From a bacterium (lineage in GTDB: Bacteria; UBA8248), in NCBI GenBank assembly GCA_965213685.1, contig CBDBZY010000045.1, positions 24,684-88,683 of the forward strand: a DNA stretch of 64,000 bases. The letters are read 5' to 3'. The translations under genes and the position numbers were made by a program. The notes under the pieces are model-generated. The model made no database searches and was not told where the DNA came from. It saw only the letters and a program-made list of their open reading frames with translations. Shown here in pieces: positions 29,722 to 38,396 of this stretch (within the stretch, counting starts at the first letter, position 1; every line of letters starts with the position of its first letter).

Positions 29722-29904
29722 ATGAATGAATCGGCTACGAAGGAGACCGGGGGGAAGGATCGGGAGTTGAGCGACGAGGAGATGGATGAGGCCCAGGTGT
29801 CGGGAGGAACGGGCAACTCGGCGTCGGAGGGAAAACTCTCGGCGGAGGAGGCGGAAAGACTCCGGAACCATGGCTGGCGCAACGAGGTTTGGGGGACGGA
29901 ATGA
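29722..29904 (+). CDS. Double-glycine-leader peptide precursor 3 (60 aa)
   Basis: MNESATKETGGKDRELSDEEMDEAQVSGG|TGNSASEGKLSAEEAERLRNHGWRNEVWGTE, with GGAGG RBS. Confidence 0.78.
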   Translation: MNESATKETGGKDRELSDEEMDEAQVSGGTGNSASEGKLSAEEAERLRNHGWRNEVWGTE

Positions 29905-30088
29905 CGTTGCGGTAAAATTCGCCCCGCGTATCTTCTATCTATCTCCGCGCGTCAAGTTTCGCTCGCATCCGGTGTCCCTCCCGCGCGACCCGGTTTCCCC
30001 TTCTTTCTCCTCTCCGGCCATCGCGCCCGCGTGGGTTTGTTTCACAATCGCCCCGGCGGGGATGCCGCTCCTCAGTTCAGCATCTTCA

Positions 30089-30844
30089 TCAGATCATCGT
30101 CGCCCCGCCGTTCACGTCGAGGGTGACGCCGTTGATGTAGGCCGCTTCCTTCGAGCAAAGAAAGACGACCGCCTCGGCAATCTCCCGGGGTTCCGAAAGC
30201 CTGCCCGCCGGAGTGGATTGTTGGATGTAGGCGATGCGCTCGGGCGTTCGGATGCCAATCGTTCTCGGCGTTCGCACGTTGGCCGGCGCCACAGCGTTGA
30301 CGGTGATCCCGTGCGGCCCCAGTTCGCGCGCCGCCTGGCGGGTGAGGCCCAGCACCCCTGCCTTGGCGGCCGTGTAGTGCGGCGGGTTCGGGTTCACGCC
30401 GCTGCGCGCGGCCATGCTCGAGAGGGTGACGACGCGCCCGTACCGCGCCGCCACCATCAGGGGAGCGACGGCCTTGAGGAGGTAGAACATCGACTTCAGG
30501 TTCGAGTCCACCACGCCGTCCCAGGCTTCGACCGGGCAGTCGAGAAGGCTCACGTAGCGGGGGAATCCGCCCGCGCTGTGCACGAGGGCGTCCACCCGCC
30601 CCGCCTGCGCATGCGCTTCCCGCACGGCGGCGCTGGTCGCCTCCCAGTCGGTGAGGTCGACGACGGCGCAGCGGGCGCGGCTGCCGCTCTCGTTGATGGA
30701 TTGCGCGACCGCCGCCGCACCCTCCCCGTTCACGTCCATCACGGTGACCGCCGCTCCCTCCCGCGCGAGAATTCTGGCGGTGGCCTCCCCGATGCCCGTC
30801 GCAGCGCCCGTGACGATGGCGCTTTGCCCCTCAAAGCCGCTCAT
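30089..30844 (-). CDS. SDR family oxidoreductase
   Basis: TGAATGIG, YTAAK and NAVAP motifs. Confidence 0.92.
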   Translation of the reverse strand: MSGFEGQSAIVTGAATGIGEATARILAREGAAVTVMDVNGEGAAAVAQSINESGSRARCAVVDLTDWEATSAAVREAHAQAGRVDALVHSAGGFPRYVSLLDCPVEAWDGVVDSNLKSMFYLLKAVAPLMVAARYGRVVTLSSMAARSGVNPNPPHYTAAKAGVLGLTRQAARELGPHGITVNAVAPANVRTPRTIGIRTPERIAYIQQSTPAGRLSEPREIAEAVVFLCSKEAAYINGVTLDVNGGATMI

Positions 30845-30927
30845 GCGCGCCTCCTATTGCGGAAAGGCTGCGCGCGCGCGCGACGACCCCGGCAGGGGAC
30901 CGCCGCCGCGCCCGCGCGCGTCGGATT

Positions 30928-31941
30928 CTATCCCTCCTGCATCTTCAGGATGCGGTTGATGAGGTCGATGCCGCCCACCTGGTCGGCGAATTTCCGGTGA
31001 ACGGGCTTCACCGCCGCGCGGAAGGGCTTGAGGTCGGGCGTCGCGATTTTGAGGCCTTTTTCGGCGAACCCCTTCATGATGTCCTTCTCGTTCTCCTCCG
31101 CATAGGCGTTCGCCCAGGCTATCGTGTCCCGGGCGGCGGAGAGGACTGCCTTTTGCATGCCCTTGGGCAGCTTGGCGTAGTATTTGTCGTTGATGATGAG
31201 CGCACCCGCCACGAGCTGGTGCCGCGTGATGGAGAGGTATTTCTGCACTTCGTAGAGTTTCATCGCCCACGCCCAGCTCGAGCCGCCGTCGTGGCCGTCC
31301 ACCGTCCTGGTGCTCAGCGCGCTGAACAGCTCGGTCGGCGCCATGCCGATGGTGCTGCCGCCCAGGGACTTGTATGTCTGGACCATGATGGGGTTTTTGG
31401 CGATCCGCATCCGCAGGTCCCCCAGGTCGGCGGGCTTCGTGATGGGGTGCTTGCTGTTCATCATGTTGCGGAAGCCCGTGGCGACGAAGCCGAGGATGCG
31501 GATGCCCGATTTCTTGCGAAAGTTCTCGGCGATGCTCCGGCCGATGTCGCTGTCGAACACCTTGACGGCGCCTTTGAAGCTGCCGAACATGAAGGGCAGG
31601 GTGAAGATGTCCAGCCGTCTGTCGAAGGCCGTGATGTTGTTCGAGGCCACCAGCTGCATCTGCACCGATCCGAGCTGCACCTTCTTCGCGGCGACGCGGT
31701 CCTTGCCGAGCTGGGAGGAGGGGAATATCTGGATGTCGATCTCCCCCTTGGAGTAGACCTGCAGGTTCTTGCGCATGGTCAGGGCCGAGGCCTGGTAGAG
31801 GAGCTCCGGCTTGGGCGGGTTGTTGTGGGCGAACTTCATGACGTATTTGGCGGCCTCGGCCCGGGGAGCCGCGAGGCTGATCAGACCGGCGGCGAGGATG
31901 ATGCCCGCCAGTGCCCGGAAACGCCTTTTCCAGTGTCGCAT
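30928..31941 (-). CDS. dctP: TRAP transporter substrate-binding protein DctP
   Basis: Signal peptide, IFPSSQLG, GFRNM and LYEVQKY motifs. Confidence 0.9.
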   Translation of the reverse strand: MRHWKRRFRALAGIILAAGLISLAAPRAEAAKYVMKFAHNNPPKPELLYQASALTMRKNLQVYSKGEIDIQIFPSSQLGKDRVAAKKVQLGSVQMQLVASNNITAFDRRLDIFTLPFMFGSFKGAVKVFDSDIGRSIAENFRKKSGIRILGFVATGFRNMMNSKHPITKPADLGDLRMRIAKNPIMVQTYKSLGGSTIGMAPTELFSALSTRTVDGHDGGSSWAWAMKLYEVQKYLSITRHQLVAGALIINDKYYAKLPKGMQKAVLSAARDTIAWANAYAEENEKDIMKGFAEKGLKIATPDLKPFRAAVKPVHRKFADQVGGIDLINRILKMQEG

Positions 31942-31979
31942 GGGTTGCCTCCTTCTCCGTATAGAGGGTTTTTTGTCCC

Positions 31980-33266
31980 TCACCTGCCGAGTATCAGGTT
32001 CGGCAGCACGAGGGAGATGCTGGGGAAATACGCCAGAATGAGAATGCACAGGAACATCGTCAGGATGAAGGGCAGGACGGCCTTCGCGATGGCCCCGAGC
32101 GTGGTGTCCGCGATGCCCATCGCCACGAACAGGCTGGTGCCCAGGGGCGGCGTCAGGTATCCGATCTCGCAGTTCACCACGAACACGATCCCGAAGTGGA
32201 TGGGGTCGATGCCCACCGCCTTGATGACGGGCAGGAACATCGGCGTGAGGATGATCACCTGCGCCATGGTGTTGAGCCACATGCCCACGAAGGTGAGGAA
32301 GAGGCTGATGAGGATGAGAATGAGGAAGGGGGAGGTCGTAACCCCCTGGATGAACGCGGTCACCAGCTGGGGAATCTGGTGAATGGTGATGAGCTCGCCA
32401 AAGGCGAGCGAGGCGCCCCAGATGATGGCGATGGTCCCGGTGACGAGGGCTGCGATTTCCAGGCATTCGCGCGTCTTGCGCCACGTGAGCTCCCGATAGA
32501 CGAACATGCCCACCGCCCAGCCGTATAAGACGGCGATGACGGCGCTCTCCGTCGGCGTGACGAAGCCGCCGTAGATGCCGCCGATGATGACGCCGGGGGC
32601 CAGGAGCGCCCAGCGCGCCGCCCAGATGGTGCGCAGCGTCCGGGAGACGGAGAAGGGCTCCGCGTCGGACTCCACGGTCATGAAGCGCGCCATGATGGAG
32701 GCGCAGCCCATCAGCATGAGCCCGAGCATGACGCCGGGCAGAAAGCCCGCGATGAACAGGCGGGTGACCGACTGATCGGCGCTGACGCCATAGACGATGA
32801 GGGTGATGCTCGGGGGGATGAGGATGCCGAGCGTCCCGCCGCAGGCGGAGACGGCGCCCGAGTAGTTCTTGTCGTATTGGCGGCGGAGCATGGTGGGGAT
32901 CATGAGTCCGCCGACGGCGGCCGTCGTGGCGGGGCCCGAACCCGAAATCGCCGAGAAGAGCATGCACGCCAGGATGGTGACGTGGGCGAGGCCGCCCTGG
33001 ACGTTGCCCACGAAGCAGTCGGCCACCGAGATCAGCCTTTTGCTGATGCCCCCCTTCTCCATCAGCGCGCCGGCGAGCAGGAACATGGGCACGGCGATGA
33101 AGGGGAACTTGTCCAGCCCGTCGTAATAGGAGAGCGCCAGGCTCTCGAAGCGCTCCCCGGTCGCGAAATACACGAGGATGGAGGAGACCCCCAGGGCGAC
33201 GCCCACGGGCACGCGGATGAAGAGGAACAGCGCCAGGGAGCCGAGCAGCAGCAGGGGCATGTTCAT
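31980..33266 (-). CDS. dctM: TRAP transporter large permease DctM
   Basis: AVPMFLLAG, SAISGS, LIPPSI and DPIHFG..TPPLG motifs. Confidence 0.93.
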   Translation of the reverse strand: MNMPLLLLGSLALFLFIRVPVGVALGVSSILVYFATGERFESLALSYYDGLDKFPFIAVPMFLLAGALMEKGGISKRLISVADCFVGNVQGGLAHVTILACMLFSAISGSGPATTAAVGGLMIPTMLRRQYDKNYSGAVSACGGTLGILIPPSITLIVYGVSADQSVTRLFIAGFLPGVMLGLMLMGCASIMARFMTVESDAEPFSVSRTLRTIWAARWALLAPGVIIGGIYGGFVTPTESAVIAVLYGWAVGMFVYRELTWRKTRECLEIAALVTGTIAIIWGASLAFGELITIHQIPQLVTAFIQGVTTSPFLILILISLFLTFVGMWLNTMAQVIILTPMFLPVIKAVGIDPIHFGIVFVVNCEIGYLTPPLGTSLFVAMGIADTTLGAIAKAVLPFILTMFLCILILAYFPSISLVLPNLILGR

Positions 33267-33772
33267 CGTTCTTCTTCCTGTTTTTGCACTTCGTAGAGCA
33301 CCTCGGGCTCGCCCCGGACGTAGACGCGATACATGTATTGGGCGAGACGCAGGCTCATCAGCCCGAAGCCGATGGGGATGATCGAGTGAACGGCGGCTTC
33401 GGGTATTTGCAGGATGTCCGTCTCCGACCAGACTTCAATCTCGCTACGCACGAAAAGATAGCCGAAATACGTCATCAGGATGTTGAAGGCCATCCACAGG
33501 GAGTCCGCCAGCAGGGCGATCGGGCGCGCCCAGGAGGCGGGGGCGACCATCTCGATGGCGTTGACGCGGATGTGCCTCCCCTGGAGGATGATCCAGCTGA
33601 TGGTCAGGTAGATGAACCAGATGAAGACGATGCGGGAGAACTCCTCGATCCAGCCGATAGAGGTGAAGAATATGTAGCGCGCGATGACCTGGGTCGTGAG
33701 CATCAGGGTGAGCGCAAGAAGAAGTATCCAGGAGAGGTTTCTTTCGATATTTCGCACGATGGGCTTTTCCAT
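33263..33772 (-). CDS. dctQ: TRAP transporter small permease DctQ
   Basis: QVIARY, WIEEFSR..FIW and HIRV motifs; 4 TM segments. Confidence 0.88.
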   Translation of the reverse strand: MEKPIVRNIERNLSWILLLALTLMLTTQVIARYIFFTSIGWIEEFSRIVFIWFIYLTISWIILQGRHIRVNAIEMVAPASWARPIALLADSLWMAFNILMTYFGYLFVRSEIEVWSETDILQIPEAAVHSIIPIGFGLMSLRLAQYMYRVYVRGEPEVLYEVQKQEEER

Positions 33773-33827
33773 TCTGTCCGTGGAGCGAAGCCGATCTCTT
33801 CTTGTCGTCGTCTGGCGGATAGGGAGC

Positions 33828-33856
33828 AGTCTAGCTTGCCTCGCGCGGATCGTCAA
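33828..33856 (-). promoter_or_regulatory. Sigma70 promoter of the TRAP operon
   Basis: Minus strand TTGACG-N17-TAGACT; a duplicate lies at 34731-34759. Confidence 0.6.
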
Positions 33857-33876
33857 ACGCAAAGCGCACCCGGATG

Positions 33877-34674
33877 CTACAAGTCCCCGGTTTCGCGGGA
33901 AATCCCCCTGTGGGCGAGTTCGGCGTAGAAGCGGGCGACGACCTTCAGCAGGCGCGCGTCGAGGTATTCGAGTGTTCTCGCGCGGATGCTCTCCGGGATG
34001 CCGAAACGGGCCTCGGCGATGCTCCCGGCAATCGCCCCGAGGGTGTCCGCATCCCCGCCGAGAGAGACGGCGAGGCGGATCGCATCCTCGAAATCCTCGG
34101 CTTCCAGTGCCGCCGTGAACGCCTGGGGGCAGGTTCCCTGGCAGGATTCATCGAAGGCGTAGTCCGGACGGATTTCGTCGCAGGTGCGGGAGAGGTCATA
34201 CCCGTATCGGCGGGCGATTCCCTCCCGCAGAACCTTTGCGGACGCACCCGTGCGCGCACCCCAGATCGCCCATGCGGTCGCCTCCGCGCCCCGGATTCCC
34301 TCGGGGTGATCGTGGGTCGGCGCGGCGCTCGCCCTGGCGAACGCCACGCACTGCGCCTCGCTTTCCGCCAGCCATCCGGCGGGTGAGGCACGCATGGCGG
34401 AGCCGTTCCCGTAGCTGCCGTAGGGCTGGGGGTCCTCGCTGTGCAGCCACCGCAGGAAGAAGCCCCCGTATCCCTTGCCGGGGTATGCGCGTCCCCATTC
34501 CTGCATCTTGCACTCGATGTCCCCGCCGTCCAGCATGGCGTCGGCGACGGCCACGGTCATCACCGTGTCGTCGGTGAAGAAGTTGTCCGGCCCGAACAGC
34601 TCGAAGTCCTTCGTCTTGATGCCTTCGAACTCATGGATGCTGCCGGCAACGTCGCCTGCTATCGCTCCCATCAT
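33877..34674 (-). CDS. ADP-ribosylglycohydrolase family protein (copy A)
   Basis: GAIAGD, TDDT, SYGNGSAMR, THDHPEG and GGDADT motifs. Confidence 0.92.
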   Translation of the reverse strand: MMGAIAGDVAGSIHEFEGIKTKDFELFGPDNFFTDDTVMTVAVADAMLDGGDIECKMQEWGRAYPGKGYGGFFLRWLHSEDPQPYGSYGNGSAMRASPAGWLAESEAQCVAFARASAAPTHDHPEGIRGAEATAWAIWGARTGASAKVLREGIARRYGYDLSRTCDEIRPDYAFDESCQGTCPQAFTAALEAEDFEDAIRLAVSLGGDADTLGAIAGSIAEARFGIPESIRARTLEYLDARLLKVVARFYAELAHRGISRETGDL

Positions 34675-34782
34675 CCCCGGAGTCTCCTCTCTTTTTTGTC
34701 GTCTTTGGTCGTCGTCTGGCGGATCGAGGCAGTCTGGTTTGCCTCGCGCGGATCGTCAAACGCAAAGCGCGCTCGAGGCTCG

Positions 34783-35586
34783 TCACAAGTCCCGGGTTTC
34801 GCGGGAAATCCCCCTGTGGGCGAGTTCGGCGTAGAAGCGGGCGATGACCTTCAGCAGGCGCGTGTCGAGGTATCCGAGGGTTGTCGCGCGGATGCTCTCC
34901 GGGATGCCGAAGCGGGCCTCGGCGATGCTCCCGGCAATCGCCGCGAGGGTGTCCGCATCCCCGCCGAGAGAGATGGCCAGGCGGAGCGCATCCTCGAAAT
35001 CCTCGGCTTCCAGTGCCGCCGTGAACGCCTGGGGGCAGGTTCCCTGGCAGGTTACGTCGAAGGCGTAGTCCGGGCGGATTTCGTCGCAGGTGCGGGAGAG
35101 GTCATACCCGTATCGGCGGGTGATTCCCTCCCGGAGCGCCTTTGCGGACGCACCCGCGCGCGCACCCCAGATGGCCCATGCGGTCGCCTCCGCGCCCTTG
35201 ATCCCCTCGGGGTGGCCGTGGGTCGGCGCGGCGCTCGCCCTGGCGAACGCCACGCACTGCGCCTCGCTTTGCGCCAGCCATCCGGCGGCTGAGACCCGCA
35301 TGGCGGAGCCGTTCCCGTAGCTGTTGTAGGGCTGGGGGTCCTCGCTGCGCATCCACCGCCGGAAGTAGCCTCCGTATCCTCTGCGGGGGTATGCGCGCGC
35401 CCATTTCCGAATCTTTCGCCCGATGTCCGCGCCGTCGAGCAGGGCGTCGGCGACGGCCACGGTCATCACCGTGTCGTCGGTGAAGAATTTGGTCGGCTCG
35501 AACAGCGCGAAGTCCTTCGTCTTGATGTTGCGGGACTTCGACTCATAGATGCTGCCGACAACGTCGCCTGCTATCGCTCCCATCAT
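34783..35586 (-). CDS. ADP-ribosylglycohydrolase family protein (copy B)
   Basis: Same motifs and closely similar to copy A; real start is MMGAIAGD at 35586. Confidence 0.92.
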   Translation of the reverse strand: MMGAIAGDVVGSIYESKSRNIKTKDFALFEPTKFFTDDTVMTVAVADALLDGADIGRKIRKWARAYPRRGYGGYFRRWMRSEDPQPYNSYGNGSAMRVSAAGWLAQSEAQCVAFARASAAPTHGHPEGIKGAEATAWAIWGARAGASAKALREGITRRYGYDLSRTCDEIRPDYAFDVTCQGTCPQAFTAALEAEDFEDALRLAISLGGDADTLAAIAGSIAEARFGIPESIRATTLGYLDTRLLKVIARFYAELAHRGISRETRDL

Positions 35587-35732
35587 CCCCGGAGTCTCCT
35601 CTCTTGTTGTCGCGGCATGCGGGCGATCAAGCGGCAGGGAGTATACCACATTTGATTTGCCGGATTCGCCGCCAAAAAGCAGGGTCGGAGGGCACCTTTC
35701 CCGCCCCGAGGCCGTTGCCGTCCGCGCCTCGC

Positions 35733-36962
35733 CTAGGGGTGGGGAATCGCCCTCGGGCGCGGGCCGCCGAGGCTCGCGAGGGCGAAGGGCAGGGTGATCA
35801 GCGTGGCGGCGGCGCCCACTCCGACGAGCCCCGCCACGTCCACGCAAAAGCCGACGAGGGGGGCGAGACCCATGGCGAGGAGCGATTTGCTTTGCGTCTC
35901 GACCGAGAGGATCGTGGCGCCCGCCCCGGGCGCGCTGTGGGCGTCGATGCGGCTCATCAGCACCGGGCGCCAGATGTTCTGCAGCACGGCCAGGGCGACG
36001 AAGCCGGCGATGACGATGGATTCCCAGCCCGCCCACAGCCCCCACGCGAGGGCGGCGTAGATGAGGGAGGTCGCCCCCCAGAGGGATTTTGCGGCCCCCT
36101 CCTCCGAACCCGCCGCGCGGACGAGGCGGTGGCCTCCGCGCGAGGCGAAGCTCGACAGCAGGTGCAGGACGAAATAGACGGCGCCGATCAGAATGGCCAC
36201 GCGCTGCTGCTGCTCCCACGCGGCGAGGAGCGCGAGGCCGAGGGCCGCCTGCTGGATCACGGGCTGGATGTAGTCCTTGGCCACCTTGTAGGTGCCCTCG
36301 TAGCCCATCGACTCGGCGAGGATGCCGCGCAGCGGCCTGTCCGTGAACGCCGTGCGCATGGATTCCTTCAAATGTCCCCAGACGCCGGGGATTTTCGCGT
36401 CCGCCGCGCGCGCGCCGTCGAGTGCGCTCGGGTAGCCCATGAAGTTCACGATGTTCATCGCGTAGGGGATGATGGCGAGGAGGAATATGTCGCTGTAGCG
36501 CGCCCCGGTGAAGATGAACCCGCTGGCGATCACGACCGAGACGGCCGAGCCCATCTTCGACCACGAGCGCGTGAACCCGTAGACGCGGGTGCGCTCGTCC
36601 TCTCGTCCCTGGATGCGCAGCCACTCGAAGATCATCGCCTTGTGGGTTCCGGTGCGGAACGAATCGCCGAGGGCGAAGGCGAACATGGCGAGAAGCAGGG
36701 CGGCGAAGGAGGTCGAGTGGGCGAAGACGAGGAACGAGGCGATGTAGGCGAGGAACGAGAATATCATCGAGCGTCTTCTGCCGTAGAGGTCGGCCACCGC
36801 CCCGCTGGGAATTTCAAAGATGTTGATGCATACCTCGCGGAAGCCGACCAGAAGGCCAATCTGGAAAAAGGAGAGGTCTTTTTCCAAGAAGGCGAGGATG
36901 AGGAAAGGCTCGAAGTAGGTCTGGTTTTTGAGAAAGCCGTACAAGGAGAATCGAAACAGCAT
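35733..36962 (-). CDS. MFS transporter
   Basis: FEIPSGAVADLYGRRRS motif, FRTGTHKA, about 12 hydrophobic segments. Confidence 0.88.
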   Translation of the reverse strand: MLFRFSLYGFLKNQTYFEPFLILAFLEKDLSFFQIGLLVGFREVCINIFEIPSGAVADLYGRRRSMIFSFLAYIASFLVFAHSTSFAALLLAMFAFALGDSFRTGTHKAMIFEWLRIQGREDERTRVYGFTRSWSKMGSAVSVVIASGFIFTGARYSDIFLLAIIPYAMNIVNFMGYPSALDGARAADAKIPGVWGHLKESMRTAFTDRPLRGILAESMGYEGTYKVAKDYIQPVIQQAALGLALLAAWEQQQRVAILIGAVYFVLHLLSSFASRGGHRLVRAAGSEEGAAKSLWGATSLIYAALAWGLWAGWESIVIAGFVALAVLQNIWRPVLMSRIDAHSAPGAGATILSVETQSKSLLAMGLAPLVGFCVDVAGLVGVGAAATLITLPFALASLGGPRPRAIPHP

Positions 36963-37118
36963 CGAACGCCTCCTTTCGCCGGACTTGGGGCTTCGCCCAC
37001 CCCTTCCTCCGCCGCCGCGATGCCGGGACGGACGCGGAGGCGGCGCGCGCACGGCGTTTATTATTGTAGCGGAAATCCGGCCGCTTGCCACGGTGCTTGT
37101 TCCGCAGGGAGGCGCGCC

Positions 37119-38003
37119 CTAGCGAATCCGCCAGCCGATGAGGGCGGCGCCGACCACCATGCAGATTGTGCCGGCGATGATGGGGGGCGTGATGCGCTCC
37201 ACGCGCCGGAGCATGAAGAAACTCATGACGAGGCTGAAGATGGGGGCCGTCGACGTGAGCGGGGCCACTATCGAGAGGTCGCCGATGCTGATGGCGGTGA
37301 AGTGCAGGAAAAAGCCCAGCGCGTTGAGCAGCCCGCAGAAGCCGAAGATGAGCCAGGCCCTCGGGCGGCCAAACTGGTTGGGTTTCTGCGCCTCCGGAAA
37401 GAGCGGGACGAAGGCGAGGAGAAAGACGAACCCCGCCAGCGTGGAGAGGGTGGCTCCCATGAGCGGGGCCGAAACGTGGGCGAAGGCGAGCTTCCGGAAG
37501 AGGAACGACAGGGCGGCGGTGATGCTGCTCGCGAACGCGAGCCAGAGGTGCTTGCGCTGCCAGGAGGTGTCCTCCGGCTTCTTGTAGGTGAGGGTGACGC
37601 CGCCGCAGATGATGAAGAGCGTGCCCGCGAGGATGAGTGCTCCCGGCCTCTCGCCCAGGAAGGCGATGGCGAGCGAGGTGGCGAAAAAGGGGGTCAGCGA
37701 ATTGAAGGGCATGGCGCGCGCGACGCCGAGATAGGAGATGCTCAGATACAAGAAGACGCGCGACATCGCCGGCCCGACCAGGCCCGCCAGTGCGAAGAAG
37801 AAAAATGCGGCCGGGCTCCACCATTCCGGCTCCCAGTAATACCAGGTGACCCCCAGCATGACCGGCAGGGAGGTGAGCATGCCGATGAAGACGCCCGTCA
37901 GCGCGTTGGCGTGCTCGCTACCCTTGCGGATGAACACGCTGAACGTGGCGAACACCACGGCGGTGGACATGGCGTAGGATGCGGCGATGAGCTGGGGGTT
38001 CAT
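37119..38003 (-). CDS. DMT/EamA family transporter
   Basis: Two EamA repeats, about 10 TM segments (FLGERP, FMLRRVERIT). Confidence 0.88.
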   Translation of the reverse strand: MNPQLIAASYAMSTAVVFATFSVFIRKGSEHANALTGVFIGMLTSLPVMLGVTWYYWEPEWWSPAAFFFFALAGLVGPAMSRVFLYLSISYLGVARAMPFNSLTPFFATSLAIAFLGERPGALILAGTLFIICGGVTLTYKKPEDTSWQRKHLWLAFASSITAALSFLFRKLAFAHVSAPLMGATLSTLAGFVFLLAFVPLFPEAQKPNQFGRPRAWLIFGFCGLLNALGFFLHFTAISIGDLSIVAPLTSTAPIFSLVMSFFMLRRVERITPPIIAGTICMVVGAALIGWRIR

Positions 38004-38396
38004 CTGGCTCTCATGGCGGGAAGGGAGCGTTCTCCGCGCGGGGCGGGCACGGCGCGCGCGCGACCCGCCTGCCGGGTTCGCACCGGGTGCGCGTCGCTCG
38101 GAGGTGGACGGAAGCCCGCTGCTCCCCCCAATCTACAGGCTGCGCGCGTCCCTGGGAAGGGCGGTCCCGAAAAACGCCCCCCGGACCTTGGAGGCGAAGC
38201 GGGATTCCCTGCGCGCCGCCCGCCTCTCGCGCGAAGCCATGCGGCTAGCCGCCGGATGCGTTTCACGGAAGTTTCACCTTTTTGTCATACAAATGCGACG
38301 ACTCCTCCCTACAATCGGCAATCGGCGTTGCGCGGGGCCATCTCGCGCGTCGATGTTCTGAACTGAACCGCCCAAAAAAGAGGGGAGGAGCGCAAA

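Larger units (their letters stand above)
28860..29904 (+). repeat. Three tandem paralogous units (about 370-380 bp period), each a conserved 5' leader plus a short peptide gene
   Basis: AAACCGGAGG(G/A)TGCG..ATGAATGAATCGGCT and GATCGGGAGTTGAGCGAC..GTGTCGGGAGGAACG recur three times; ATGs at 28968, 29339 and 29722. Confidence 0.92.
33796..35610. repeat. Tandem duplication (about 0.9 kb unit) of the ARH gene plus downstream intergenic DNA
   Basis: Long near-identical stretches offset by about 905 bp, including GTCGTCGTCTGGCGGAT...CTCGCGCGGATCGTCAAACGCAAAGCGC. Confidence 0.9.

Noticed and set aside
28860-29904. Possible CRISPR array or insertion-sequence repeats
   Set aside because: Units are about 375 bp, imperfect and protein-coding; no short identical repeats, cas genes, terminal inverted repeats or transposase.
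35604-38366. 920-aa plus-strand ORF and similar long ORFs (49226..51790 -, 6728..8914 -, 21220..23169 +)
   Set aside because: Shadow or alternate-frame ORFs typical of high-GC DNA; they overlap well-supported genes and have no motifs.
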